32,000 bases of DNA from an uncultured Actinomycetes bacterium (lineage in GTDB: Bacteria > Actinomycetota > Actinomycetes > S36-B12 > CAIYMF01), in assembly GCA_963843975.1 (NCBI GenBank), contig CAWJMG010000001.1, positions 1,320,001 through 1,352,000 of the forward strand. The letters run 5' to 3'. The notes below the pieces were generated by a model, which was given only the letters and a program-made list of their open reading frames with translations, was not told where the DNA came from and did no database searches. The position numbers and the translations under genes are program-made. Within the stretch, counting starts at the first letter, position 1. Each line of letters begins with the position of its first letter. Below are positions 24,107 to 32,000 of this stretch, piece after piece.

Positions 24107-24852
24107 GCACCGAGCAGACCATCCTTGAGCGCATCACGGCGCCCGTGCTCGAGCTGCGCGACGTCACGCGCATCCACGGCAGCGGCATCACCGCCGTCCA
24201 CGCGCTGCGCGGCGTGAGCCTCAGCGTGCGCGCCGGAGAGCTCGTCGCCGTGATGGGCCCGAGCGGCAGCGGCAAGTCGACGCTGCTCAACGTCGCGGGC
24301 GGCCTCGACGCCGTCACGACAGGAGCGGTCTACGTCGAGGGCGTCGATCTCGCGATGCTGTCCCGGGACGACCTCGCGGCGATCCGCCGACGTGCGGCCG
24401 GCTACGTGTTCCAGGACCTCAACCTCATCCCCACGCTGTCCGCCGCCGAGAACGTCGCGCTCCCCCTCGAGCTCGACGGCATCAGCACCCGCGCCGCCCG
24501 TGCCGCGGCTCGCGAGTCGCTCGAGGCCGTCGGCGTCGGCGAGCTCGCCGAGCGCTACCCCGACGAGATGTCGGGCGGCCAGCAGCAGCGCGTCGCGATT
24601 GCCCGCGCCCTGGTCGGCGACCGTCGCCTCGTGCTGGCCGACGAGCCCACGGGCGCGCTCGACTCCGACACCGGCGAGGCCGTTCTGCGCTTGCTGCGTC
24701 GGAGGTGCGACGAGGGCGCGGCGGGGGTCCTCGTCACGCACGAGTCGCGGCACGCGGCGTGGGCCGACCGCGTCGTGTTCCTGCGCGACGGCGCGGTCGT
24801 CGACGCCACGTCGTACGACGTCACGGCCGACGCCGCGGGCGCCGTCTCGTGA
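24103..24852 (+). CDS. ABC transporter ATP-binding protein (MacB/FtsE-like)
   Basis: 249 aa from the internal ATG. Motifs are Walker A GPSGSGKST, Q-loop, signature SGGQQQRVAIARAL, Walker B LVLADEPTGALD and H-loop VLVTHE. Confidence 0.92.
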   Translation: MSTEQTILERITAPVLELRDVTRIHGSGITAVHALRGVSLSVRAGELVAVMGPSGSGKSTLLNVAGGLDAVTTGAVYVEGVDLAMLSRDDLAAIRRRAAGYVFQDLNLIPTLSAAENVALPLELDGISTRAARAAARESLEAVGVGELAERYPDEMSGGQQQRVAIARALVGDRRLVLADEPTGALDSDTGEAVLRLLRRRCDEGAAGVLVTHESRHAAWADRVVFLRDGAVVDATSYDVTADAAGAVS

Positions 24853-27728
24853 CCACGACGCTCGAGCGGCCGGCTCCTTCGCGGCCGCCGTCGCAGGCCC
24901 CGACCTCCCGCGTGCAGCGCTGGTGGGGGCAGTGGCGGGTGGCGCTGCGGCTCGCCCGTCGCGACGCGTGGCACGGCAAGGGCCGCTCGATCCTGGTGCT
25001 GCTGCTCGTCGGCCTCCCCGTGTGCGCGGTCGCCGTCGTCGACATCTCGGCGCGGCAGATCCAGGCCAGCACCACGCCTGCGGCGTACGCCCTGAACCGC
25101 CTCGGTGACACTGCCGACGGCATCCTCAGCCCGCAGCCCAGCAGGCCTGTGTCGCAGTCGCTCTTCGGCGACTCCGTCGACTCCTCCGGCGTCGGCCCGG
25201 CACCCACGGTCGCGAGCCTGCAGGCCGCGTTGCCGGCGGGCACGCGTCTCGTCCCGCCGCTGGGGCAGTCGAACGGGCTGATCCTGCAGGCCGGCGAGTG
25301 GGGCGTACCCGGCAACCTCGCGGTCGGCGACGTGTCCGATCCGGTGCTCGCCGGCTTCTGGCACCTCACGGCCGGCACGTTCCCCACGGCGAAGGGCCAG
25401 GTCACGCTCGACCCGGCCACGGCACGTCGGATGCACGTGGACGTCGGCGGCACGATCGAGGTGAGCGGGGTCCGCGACCAGGCCCAGCTGCGGCGCACGT
25501 TCACGGTCGTCGGCCTCGCGACGGCCGACCCGATGACGGGCGCGAACGGACTCGTCGGACCCGGCGAGCTGCCCACCCTGCAGGACACAGGACCGACCTC
25601 GGGGCTCGAGCCCATCTACTACCTCGACTCCCCGGCACCGCTCACCTGGGCCGACGTCCGGCGCGCGAACGCCGCGGGCGCGTTCGCCATCAGCCGCGGC
25701 GTGGTCGAGGACCCGCCGACGTTCTGCCCGTACTCCCTCCTCTGCTACGACGACGGACCCGCTCCGGGCGCTGAGCAGGCTGTCGAGGAGCTCACGCCGA
25801 ACGAGGCCGCGGACCAGGCGCGCACGGCCGCCCTCGGTGCCGTCGTGGTCGTGCTCGTCGTCCTGCAGATCGCTCTGCTCGCGGGGCCGGCGTTCGCCGT
25901 GCAGCTGCGGCGGCGCCAGCGCGAGCTCGGCCTGATCGGCGCCAGCGGCGGCGGCACCCCGGTGCTGCGGCGGACGGTGCTGGCCTCGGGCGTCGTGCTC
26001 GGTGTGACGGCGAGCGTCGGCGGCGCTGTGCTGGCCTGGCTCATCGTCCTCGTCGCCGGTCGGGTGCTGCACGTCGGCGCGCTCACTATCGACGGCCGAC
26101 CCGTGCAGGGCTGGCCGCCGCTGCCGCTCGAGGTGCTGGGCGTCGTGGCCGTGGGCGTGCTGGCGGCTGTCTCGGCAGCGCTCGTGCCGGCGCTCGCCGC
26201 TGGCAAAGGCGAGGTCGTCGACACGCTGCGCGGCCGGCGTCCCCTGGCACCGGTCCGCAACCGGTTCCCGGTGCTCGGCTTCGTGATGGGCGGTGCCGGC
26301 CTCGCCGTCATGGCGTACGGCGTCATGCAGGTCGACAGCCTGGTGCTCGGCGTCGGCGTGATCGTCGCGCAGCTCGGCGTCGTCGTCCTGATGCCGTGGC
26401 TCGTCGTGCAGACCGGCCGCCTGGGCCGCCATCTCAGCCTGTCGCCGCGGCTCGCGGTGCGCGACGCGGGCCGCCACCGCATGCGCACGGCCGCAGCAGC
26501 GTGCGCCATCGCCGCGGCGTCGGCCGCGGCCGTAGGGGTCAGCGCAGCGGTCGGATCCGCGGCGACGTACTACTCCACGACGGACGTGGCCACGCTCCCC
26601 GGTGTCAGCGGGCTGTCCGTCGGTGCGCTCGAGGTCGACGACGCCGGCAGGCCGGTGGCGTCGGACGCCTCAGTGCAGGACGACGTGCGCCGCACCGTGC
26701 TGGCGGCGGACCCGGCGGCGCGGACGGCCTTCCTGGCGACCGTCGTGCCGACTGGGCACCCCGAGTTCGCGCTGACGTACAACGGGGACGTGGCGTGCGG
26801 CGAGGAGGCGCCGCAGCCCTACCTCCCGAACGGTCGTCCTGACCCGACGTTCGTAGTGCCGTGCTCGGGCCGGATCGCCGACAGCTACCTCGGGATCACC
26901 GGAGCGGTGGCCGAGATCTCGCCCGAGGACGTCGCGCTCGTGCTGGGTCCGGGCGCGCCGCTGGACGAGGCACGCGCGGCGCTGGAGGCGGGCCAGGCCG
27001 TGGTCCTGCAGCCCAACGCCGTGCACGACGGATCAGTGCTGCTGCGCGCCTCGGTCTCGGACCTCGACACGGGCGAGGTCGCCTCCACCGCGAGCGTGCA
27101 GGTGCCGGCGATCGAGGTGCTGCGCGGGGCGCTGCCGACCACCGTGCTCGTGTCGGCGGCCACCCTCGCCCGGCCCGAGGTCGCGAAGGTGCTGCAGGCG
27201 AGCCCGTACGGCGTCCTGCTGGCCCAGCCGTCCGAGCCCGACACCGCCGACCGGCCGACGTTCCAGGACCGGCTCCAGCTCGAGGTCTACCGCTCGGGCG
27301 TGCCGGTGGCCATCAACGAGAGCTACACGGCCACCGACGGCGTGGTGCTGGTGCTCCTCGTGGGAGGGGCGGTCACGGCGTTCCTGGCCCTGCTGGCCGG
27401 GCTCATGGTGACGGCGCTCGCCCTGGCCGACGGCCGGGCCGATCACGCAACGCTCGCAGCGGTCGGTGCGCCTCCGGGCGCCCGGCGAAGGATCGCCGCG
27501 GCCACGGCTGGCTACGTGGCCCTGCTCGGCTGCGTCGTGGGCGCGGTGTCCGGCCTGCTCGGGTCGTACGTGCTGGTGCCGCTGGTCAACCGAGGCTCGG
27601 ACGGCACCTGGGAGATGCCGTGGGCGATGCTCGCGATCGTGCTGGTCGGCGTACCGCTCCTCACCTCCGTCACGGCCTGGCTGACCACGCGCTCGAACGT
27701 CCCCCTGACGAGGCGCTCCGACACCTGA
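24849..27728 (+). CDS. ABC transporter permease with two FtsX-type domains and two large extracytoplasmic loops
   Basis: 959 aa. The GTG start overlaps the ATPase stop (GTGA at 24849-24852). The order is an N-terminal TM (ILVLLLVGLPVCAVAVVDI), a loop of about 330 aa, a TM cluster, a second large loop, and a C-terminal FtsX-type TM cluster (LVLLVGGAVTAFLALLAGLMV...LAAVGAPPGARRRIAAATAGYVALLG...). Confidence 0.85.
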   Translation: MTTTLERPAPSRPPSQAPTSRVQRWWGQWRVALRLARRDAWHGKGRSILVLLLVGLPVCAVAVVDISARQIQASTTPAAYALNRLGDTADGILSPQPSRPVSQSLFGDSVDSSGVGPAPTVASLQAALPAGTRLVPPLGQSNGLILQAGEWGVPGNLAVGDVSDPVLAGFWHLTAGTFPTAKGQVTLDPATARRMHVDVGGTIEVSGVRDQAQLRRTFTVVGLATADPMTGANGLVGPGELPTLQDTGPTSGLEPIYYLDSPAPLTWADVRRANAAGAFAISRGVVEDPPTFCPYSLLCYDDGPAPGAEQAVEELTPNEAADQARTAALGAVVVVLVVLQIALLAGPAFAVQLRRRQRELGLIGASGGGTPVLRRTVLASGVVLGVTASVGGAVLAWLIVLVAGRVLHVGALTIDGRPVQGWPPLPLEVLGVVAVGVLAAVSAALVPALAAGKGEVVDTLRGRRPLAPVRNRFPVLGFVMGGAGLAVMAYGVMQVDSLVLGVGVIVAQLGVVVLMPWLVVQTGRLGRHLSLSPRLAVRDAGRHRMRTAAAACAIAAASAAAVGVSAAVGSAATYYSTTDVATLPGVSGLSVGALEVDDAGRPVASDASVQDDVRRTVLAADPAARTAFLATVVPTGHPEFALTYNGDVACGEEAPQPYLPNGRPDPTFVVPCSGRIADSYLGITGAVAEISPEDVALVLGPGAPLDEARAALEAGQAVVLQPNAVHDGSVLLRASVSDLDTGEVASTASVQVPAIEVLRGALPTTVLVSAATLARPEVAKVLQASPYGVLLAQPSEPDTADRPTFQDRLQLEVYRSGVPVAINESYTATDGVVLVLLVGGAVTAFLALLAGLMVTALALADGRADHATLAAVGAPPGARRRIAAATAGYVALLGCVVGAVSGLLGSYVLVPLVNRGSDGTWEMPWAMLAIVLVGVPLLTSVTAWLTTRSNVPLTRRSDT

Positions 27729-27729
27729 G

Positions 27730-27774
27730 CCGTACGCCGACCGCGCGGCCTCGGCCTGCGCGGCCGGCGTACGG
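27730..27774 (+). terminator. GC-rich hairpin immediately after the permease stop
   Basis: CCGTACGCCGACCGCGC - 11 nt - GCGCGGCCGGCGTACGG has 17-nt arms, 16/17 complementary. It starts 2 nt after the TGA at 27726-27728. Confidence 0.55.
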
Positions 27775-27865
27775 ATCCCGGAGATCGACGAACCGGGGTC
27801 GGAGGCGTCTGGTCTGCTGGCCGGAGGCGCCGACACGGGGTGGGCGGCAGGGACAGGAGAGCAGC

Positions 27866-28039
27866 ATGAGCAGCACAACGGGCGACGCCACCACCGCATG
27901 GGCGCTGGCGCGGGCGGCGGCCGACGCCGCTGCGGGGTTCAAGGCCAAGAGCCCGACGACCTCGGACACCACGTCCCTGGCCTCGATCGCCCTCAGCCTC
28001 GCCAGGATCGCCGACGCCCTGGAGGCCCGCACCTCCTGA
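27866..28039 (+). CDS. hypothetical small Ala-rich helical protein (57 aa)
   Basis: The ATG is preceded by AGGAGA with a 6-nt spacer. GC3 is about 52/55. Sequence is MSSTTGDATTAWALARAAADAAAGFKAKSPTTSDTTSLASIALSLARIADALEARTS. No family recognised. Confidence 0.55.
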   Translation: MSSTTGDATTAWALARAAADAAAGFKAKSPTTSDTTSLASIALSLARIADALEARTS

Positions 28040-28040
28040 C

Positions 28041-28095
28041 CCGTAGCCGTGAAGGCCGGATTTATTGCGCTCTTAGCAACGAAGGCCCCCTTCAT
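28041..28095 (-). repeat. GAAGG-box palindromic intergenic repeat, right (inverted) copy
   Basis: The reverse complement reads ATGAAGGGGGCCTTCGTTGCTAAGAGCGCAATAAATCCGGCCTTCACGGCTACGG. It is 49/55 identical to 20211-20265, and the first 31 nt are identical. Confidence 0.8.
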
Positions 28096-28277
28096 CCCAA
28101 ACCCGCACACCTGAGGACGGGCATTTGGGGGTCGGATGCCCGGTCCCGTACCCTGATCGGACGTGTCCGCGCCGTCACGGCGTCCCCCATGGGTCGCCGG
28201 GAGCGGGTCCACGTGACGCACAACCCTCCTGCCACGGAGAGACCGTGGCCGCCAAGTCCAGAGGAGGTGGGTATCGC

Positions 28278-28568
28278 ATGCGTCATTACGAGGTCATGGT
28301 GATCCTCGACCCCGATCTCGAGGAGCGCACCGTCGCTCCCAGTCTCGACACGTTCCTCAATGTCGTGAAGCAGTCGGGTGGCACCGTCGACAAGGTCGAC
28401 ATCTGGGGCCGTCGTCGCCTGTCGTTCGAGATCAACAAGAAGGCCGAGGGCATCTACGCCGTCCTCGACCTCAACTGCACGCCGGCTGCCGTCCAGGAGA
28501 TGGACCGCCAGCTCAACCTCAACGAGGCTGTGCTGCGCACCAAGGTCATGCGCCCGGACGCCCACTAG
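28278..28568 (+). CDS. rpsF: 30S ribosomal protein S6
   Basis: 96 aa, [24 protein letters not shown]...[21 protein letters not shown]. The RBS is GAGGAGG. It is the first gene of the conserved rpsF-ssb-rpsR-rplI cluster. Confidence 0.95.
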   Translation: MRHYEVMVILDPDLEERTVAPSLDTFLNVVKQSGGTVDKVDIWGRRRLSFEINKKAEGIYAVLDLNCTPAAVQEMDRQLNLNEAVLRTKVMRPDAH

Positions 28569-28712
28569 GCGAATCCCGTGATCGACAGGCGGCTCTCTCC
28601 GCGTGTCGTCCACAGTCCGCGCGTCTGACCTCCCTTCCCGGAGGTCGGACCGCACCCGTAAGGTCCGGCCCACCAGCCGAATCCACACCTTTCACCCGAG
28701 GCGGTTAGCACC

Positions 28713-29267
28713 ATGGCGCAGGGCGACATCAACGTCACCATCGTCGGGAACATCACCAACGACCCCGAGCTGAGGTTCACTCCCAGCGGGGCCGCGGTGG
28801 CGAGCTTCACGGTCGCGTCGAACTCGCGTTACCTCGACAAGGCCACGAACGAGTGGAAGGACGGCGAGCCCGTCTTCATGCGCTGCAGCGTGTGGAGGCA
28901 GTACGCCGAGAACGTCGCCGAGTCGCTGACGCGGGGCACCCGCGTCATCGTCACGGGCCGTCTCAAGCAGCGCTCCTACGACTCCCGCGAGGGTCAGAAG
29001 GTCACTGTGATCGAGATGGAGGTCGACGACGTCGGCCCGGCGCTGCGCACGGCCACCGCGAAGGTCACCAAGGTGGCCCGCAGCGGCGGTGGCGACTTCG
29101 GTGGTGGCGGTGGCAGCTTCGGCGGCCAGCAGGGCGGCGGAGGAAACTCCGGCCCGGCCGACGACCCGTGGGCGACCCCGGCCAGCGGTGGCGGCAACGC
29201 TGCCGGCGGCGGTGGCGCCTGGGGTGGCGGCGGCGGTGGCGCGTCGTACGACGAGCCTCCGTTCTAG
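28713..29267 (+). CDS. ssb: single-stranded DNA-binding protein
   Basis: 184 aa. The OB fold reads [32 protein letters not shown]...[36 protein letters not shown] Gly-rich linker and the C-terminal tip DEPPF follow. Confidence 0.95.
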   Translation: MAQGDINVTIVGNITNDPELRFTPSGAAVASFTVASNSRYLDKATNEWKDGEPVFMRCSVWRQYAENVAESLTRGTRVIVTGRLKQRSYDSREGQKVTVIEMEVDDVGPALRTATAKVTKVARSGGGDFGGGGGSFGGQQGGGGNSGPADDPWATPASGGGNAAGGGGAWGGGGGGASYDEPPF

Positions 29268-29380
29268 GACCTCACAGCACGGCCGCACCTGGTGCGGCAC
29301 CCGGCAGCCAGCGAGCCGCCGGCATCCATCAGCCCGACCCCATCCCGGCCTGACGCCGGGCTCCCGATAGGAGCACCACG

Positions 29381-29617
29381 ATGGCTAAGCCTGCTCTTCG
29401 CAAGCCGAAGAAGAAGGTGTGCATCTTCTGCAAGGAGAAGATCGCCAGCGTCGACTACAAGGACACCCCCCTGCTGCGCAAGTACATCTCCGACCGCGGC
29501 AAGATCCGTGCGCGTCGCGTGAGCGGCAACTGCACCCAGCACCAGCGGGACGTCGCGGTCGCCGTGAAGAACGCCCGCGAGATGGCCCTGCTGCCCTACA
29601 CCTCGACCGCCCGCTGA
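29381..29617 (+). CDS. rpsR: 30S ribosomal protein S18
   Basis: 78 aa, with [64 protein letters not shown]. Confidence 0.95.
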   Translation: MAKPALRKPKKKVCIFCKEKIASVDYKDTPLLRKYISDRGKIRARRVSGNCTQHQRDVAVAVKNAREMALLPYTSTAR

Positions 29618-29636
29618 CGAAGGAGGCGACTACACC

Positions 29637-30083
29637 ATGAAGCTCATCCTGACTCAGGACGTGAACGGTCTCGGCGCCCCTGGCGACGTCGTCGAGGTGA
29701 AGGACGGCTACGGCCGCAACTACCTCCTCCCGCGTGGTCTCGCGACCGCGTGGACCAAGGGCGGCGAGAAGCAGGTCGCGCAGATCAAGCGTGCGCGCGA
29801 CGTGCGCGAGGTCCGCGACCTCGACTCCGCCCAGGCGATCAAGTCCTCGCTCGAGGGCCTGAAGGTCAAGGTCCCGGCCCGTGCCGGCGACACCGGCCGC
29901 CTGTTCGGCGCCATCACCGTCGGCGACGTCGTCGCCGCGGTCGAGGCCGCCGGCGGCCCGTCCGTCGACAAGCGCAAGGTCACGATCGTCTCGCCGATCA
30001 AGGTCACCGGCTCGCACAAGGTCGAGGTGCGCGTGCACCCCGAGGTGCTCGCCAACCTGACCGTGGACGTCGTCAGCTCCTGA
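29637..30083 (+). CDS. rplI: 50S ribosomal protein L9
   Basis: 148 aa, starting [36 protein letters not shown]. The RBS is GAAGGAGG. Confidence 0.95.
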   Translation: MKLILTQDVNGLGAPGDVVEVKDGYGRNYLLPRGLATAWTKGGEKQVAQIKRARDVREVRDLDSAQAIKSSLEGLKVKVPARAGDTGRLFGAITVGDVVAAVEAAGGPSVDKRKVTIVSPIKVTGSHKVEVRVHPEVLANLTVDVVSS

Positions 30084-30098
30084 CGCCACCCGCACGCA

Positions 30099-30139
30099 CG
30101 AAGGCCGCCGTCCGCAAGGACGGCGGCCTTCGTCGTTCC
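30099..30139 (+). terminator. intrinsic terminator after rplI
   Basis: CGAAGGCCGCCGTCC-GCAA-GGACGGCGGCCTTCG forms a 15-bp perfect stem followed by TCGTTCC. It begins 16 nt after the rplI stop. Confidence 0.7.
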
Positions 30140-30381
30140 GACGTCCCGGAGACGAGCCCCCAAGTGGTTGCTACCGCAGCTGTTCGGTGGCGAAGCACGA
30201 TCACATTCGGTGCAGATCCGGGGCGGGTGAATCTTCCGCACGACTCAGTGCGGACGTAGCGTGCGGTGATGGCTTCATCGCCGCAGACTCTCGACCCGGA
30301 GCACTTCTGCCCCACGTGCGGACGGGACACGGCGTACTGCCGCTGCATGCTGCAGCGCCGCGCGGAGCAACAGCCCGACAG

Positions 30382-30894
30382 TCAGCCGCGCTCGGCGAGC
30401 AGCTCGCGGATGCGCTCGACCGTGCCGGGCGTCGCGGCCTCGATCATGGCGAGCACCTCCTCGAACCCGTCGTACGAGCCGTAGTACGGGTCCGGCACGT
30501 CGAGCTCGTCCGAGGGGTGCGGTACGCCGGCCAGCGCGGGGTCGAGGGCGCGCATCATGACGACCTCGACGCCGGGCGGCGCGAGCCGCACGAGGTCGTC
30601 GTAGTGCGTGGTGTCCATCGCCAGCAGGAGGTCGGGGCCGTCGTCCTCGGCGTACCACCCTCGCGTGATCTGCTGCGCGCGGTGCGGGTCGCCGTCGTAG
30701 CCGTGGGCGCGCAGCACCTGCCGCGCGCGCCGGTCGGCGGGGTCGCCGACGTGCCAGCCCCCGATGCCGGCGGAGTCGACGACGACCGCGTGTCCGAGCC
30801 CGGCGTCCTCGAGGGCCTGGCGCAGGACGTACTCCGCGATCGGGGATCGGCAGATGTTGCCCGAGCAGACGGTGGTCACACGAAGCACGCTCAC
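30382..30894 (-). CDS. low-molecular-weight protein-tyrosine phosphatase
   Basis: The P-loop is VCSGNICRSP (CX5R) and the Asp loop is DVPDPYYG. GTG 30894 is preceded by GGAGGA with a 7-nt spacer and lies 4 nt after the MATE stop. An alternative ATG at 30912 would overlap the MATE gene by 14 nt. Confidence 0.85.
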   Translation of the reverse strand: MSVLRVTTVCSGNICRSPIAEYVLRQALEDAGLGHAVVVDSAGIGGWHVGDPADRRARQVLRAHGYDGDPHRAQQITRGWYAEDDGPDLLLAMDTTHYDDLVRLAPPGVEVVMMRALDPALAGVPHPSDELDVPDPYYGSYDGFEEVLAMIEAATPGTVERIRELLAERG

Positions 30895-30898
30895 CCGC

Positions 30899-32000
30899 TC
30901 ATCCTCCGGCATCGCCGCGGGCAGCCGACTCCGCGGCACCGGCGTCGGCGCTCGTGCGCAGCCAGCGGTCGCCGCGGGCGCGCCAGGCCAGCAGTGCGCC
31001 GCGCACGACCATGAACCAGGTCAGCGCCCACCAGAGCGCGACCACGCCGAGGTCGCGCGAGAGCACGAGCCACGCCGCGGGCAGGAACGTCGCGAGCATG
31101 ACGAGGCCGGCGCCGGCGAGCCAGCGGCCGTCACCCGCGCCGATGAGGACGCCGTCCAGCACGAAGACCGGCGACGACAGCGGCTGCTGCAGCGCGGCCA
31201 CCACGAGCGAGGCGGCGATCAGGCTGCGCACCACGGGATCCGAGGTGAACAGCGCCGGCAGCCACGGCACTGATGCGAGCACGAGCAGGGCGAGCACCAC
31301 GCCCATCGCGACCCCCAGCCGCACGAGGCGTGCCGTGACGACCCGCGCCCCGGACCGGTCGCCCGCACCGAGGTAGCGGCCGAGCAGCGCCATGCCGGCG
31401 ATCGCGAGCGCGTCGGCCGCGAGCGACAGCAGGATCCACACCTGGAAGCTGACGTGGTACGCCGCGAGCTCGGCGTCGCCGAGGCGCGCGGCCACTCCGG
31501 CTGCGACGAGGAACACCGCACGCAGCACGACCGTCCGCACGAACAGCGGCCCGCCCGTGCGCGCCGCGGCCAGCATCCCGAGCCCGGACGGCGCGATGCG
31601 CACCCCGCGGCGCCGCGCGACGTGCACCACCACCGCGACGTACGCCACGGCCTGCACCACCTCGGCGACCACCGTCGCTGCCGCCGAGCCGCCGATGCCG
31701 TAGCCGAGCCCGATCACGAGCACCCACGCGAGCACGAGGTTCACGACGACGACCAGCAGCGTGACGAGCAGCGTCGTCCGCGTGTCCTGCAGGCCGCGGA
31801 GCACGCCGACGCCGGCCATCGCGACCAGCGCGGCGGGGAAGCCGAACGCGATCACGTGCAGGTAGGTCACGGCGTACGGCGTCACCTCGGGCGAGGCTCC
31901 GAGTGCGACCACGAGCGGCTCGGCCGCGAGCCAGGTGCCGACGGCCAGCAGGACGCCGAGCCCGAGGCCGAGCGCCATCCCCTCGACGCCCTCGGACACC
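30899..32000 (-). CDS. MATE family efflux transporter, 3' part (5' end beyond window)
   Basis: A frame of about 366 aa stays open to the window edge and is polytopic. Stretches such as LRGLQDTRTTLLVTL, AAYHVSFQVW and VLDGVLIGAGDGRWL are typical of the second half of DinF/NorM-like MATE proteins. The M at 31999 in the ORF track is probably internal. Confidence 0.8.
   Translation of the reverse strand, partial: VSEGVEGMALGLGLGVLLAVGTWLAAEPLVVALGASPEVTPYAVTYLHVIAFGFPAALVAMAGVGVLRGLQDTRTTLLVTLLVVVVNLVLAWVLVIGLGYGIGGSAAATVVAEVVQAVAYVAVVVHVARRRGVRIAPSGLGMLAAARTGGPLFVRTVVLRAVFLVAAGVAARLGDAELAAYHVSFQVWILLSLAADALAIAGMALLGRYLGAGDRSGARVVTARLVRLGVAMGVVLALLVLASVPWLPALFTSDPVVRSLIAASLVVAALQQPLSSPVFVLDGVLIGAGDGRWLAGAGLVMLATFLPAAWLVLSRDLGVVALWWALTWFMVVRGALLAWRARGDRWLRTSADAGAAESAARGDAGG

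Noticed and set aside
20184-28095. Composite transposon or genomic island bounded by the 55-nt inverted repeats.
   Set aside because: No transposase, integrase or recombinase gene lies inside. There is no target-site duplication (flanks are CCTTTGCG versus CCCAAACC). A third related element sits inside the block. The observation is kept only as a repeat-bracketing finding.
29080-29255. Gly-rich, low-complexity repetitive sequence inside ssb.
   Set aside because: This is the normal intrinsically disordered linker of actinobacterial SSB, which precedes the conserved DEPPF tip.

Overview
High-GC actinobacterial chromosomal core region. Gene order matches the Mycobacterium Rv3907c-Rv3910 and Rv0046c-Rv0056 neighbourhoods. 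A FemAB-type glycyltransferase and overall protein similarities suggest a Nocardioides-like (Propionibacteriales) organism, which is inference only.

Contents, left to right:
- Kinase-like gene fragment, NlpC/P60 hydrolase, small membrane protein, murJ, Rv3909-like protein and a Nudix hydrolase, all on the minus strand.
- The cca gene, a membrane protein and an MFS transporter.
- A padR-ino1 operon lying divergent to a DUF5318-like gene.
- Class A PBP, GT87-like membrane protein, LLM oxidoreductase and an alanine-racemase-like protein.
- A 7.8-kb accessory-looking block: lipoprotein, FemAB-family transferase, exonuclease III, and PadR-sORF-ABC ATPase-FtsX permease plus a 57-aa protein.
- rpsF-ssb-rpsR-rplI, an LMW phosphotyrosine phosphatase and a partial MATE transporter.

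I saw no rRNA, tRNA, CRISPR array, transposase, integrase or recognisable defence or toxin system.

Most notable observations:
1. ino1 is split over three frames by two +1 indels. Same-sign frame breaks also appear at a murJ 5' extension and possibly in a small membrane gene. These are either assembly indels or very recent pseudogenisation.
2. There are at least two families of conserved palindromic intergenic repeats. One is a 55-nt inverted pair (49/55 identical by hand alignment) that brackets the 7.8-kb block.
3. A 20-codon sORF is joined by ATGA overlaps to both the PadR gene and the ABC ATPase gene.
4. Palindromic operator candidates lie in front of both PadR genes.

I do not see convincing evidence of a genuinely novel multi-gene system. 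The repeat-bracketed PadR/ABC block is the best candidate for follow-up. All coordinates for starts were derived from the ORF track frames plus hand reading.
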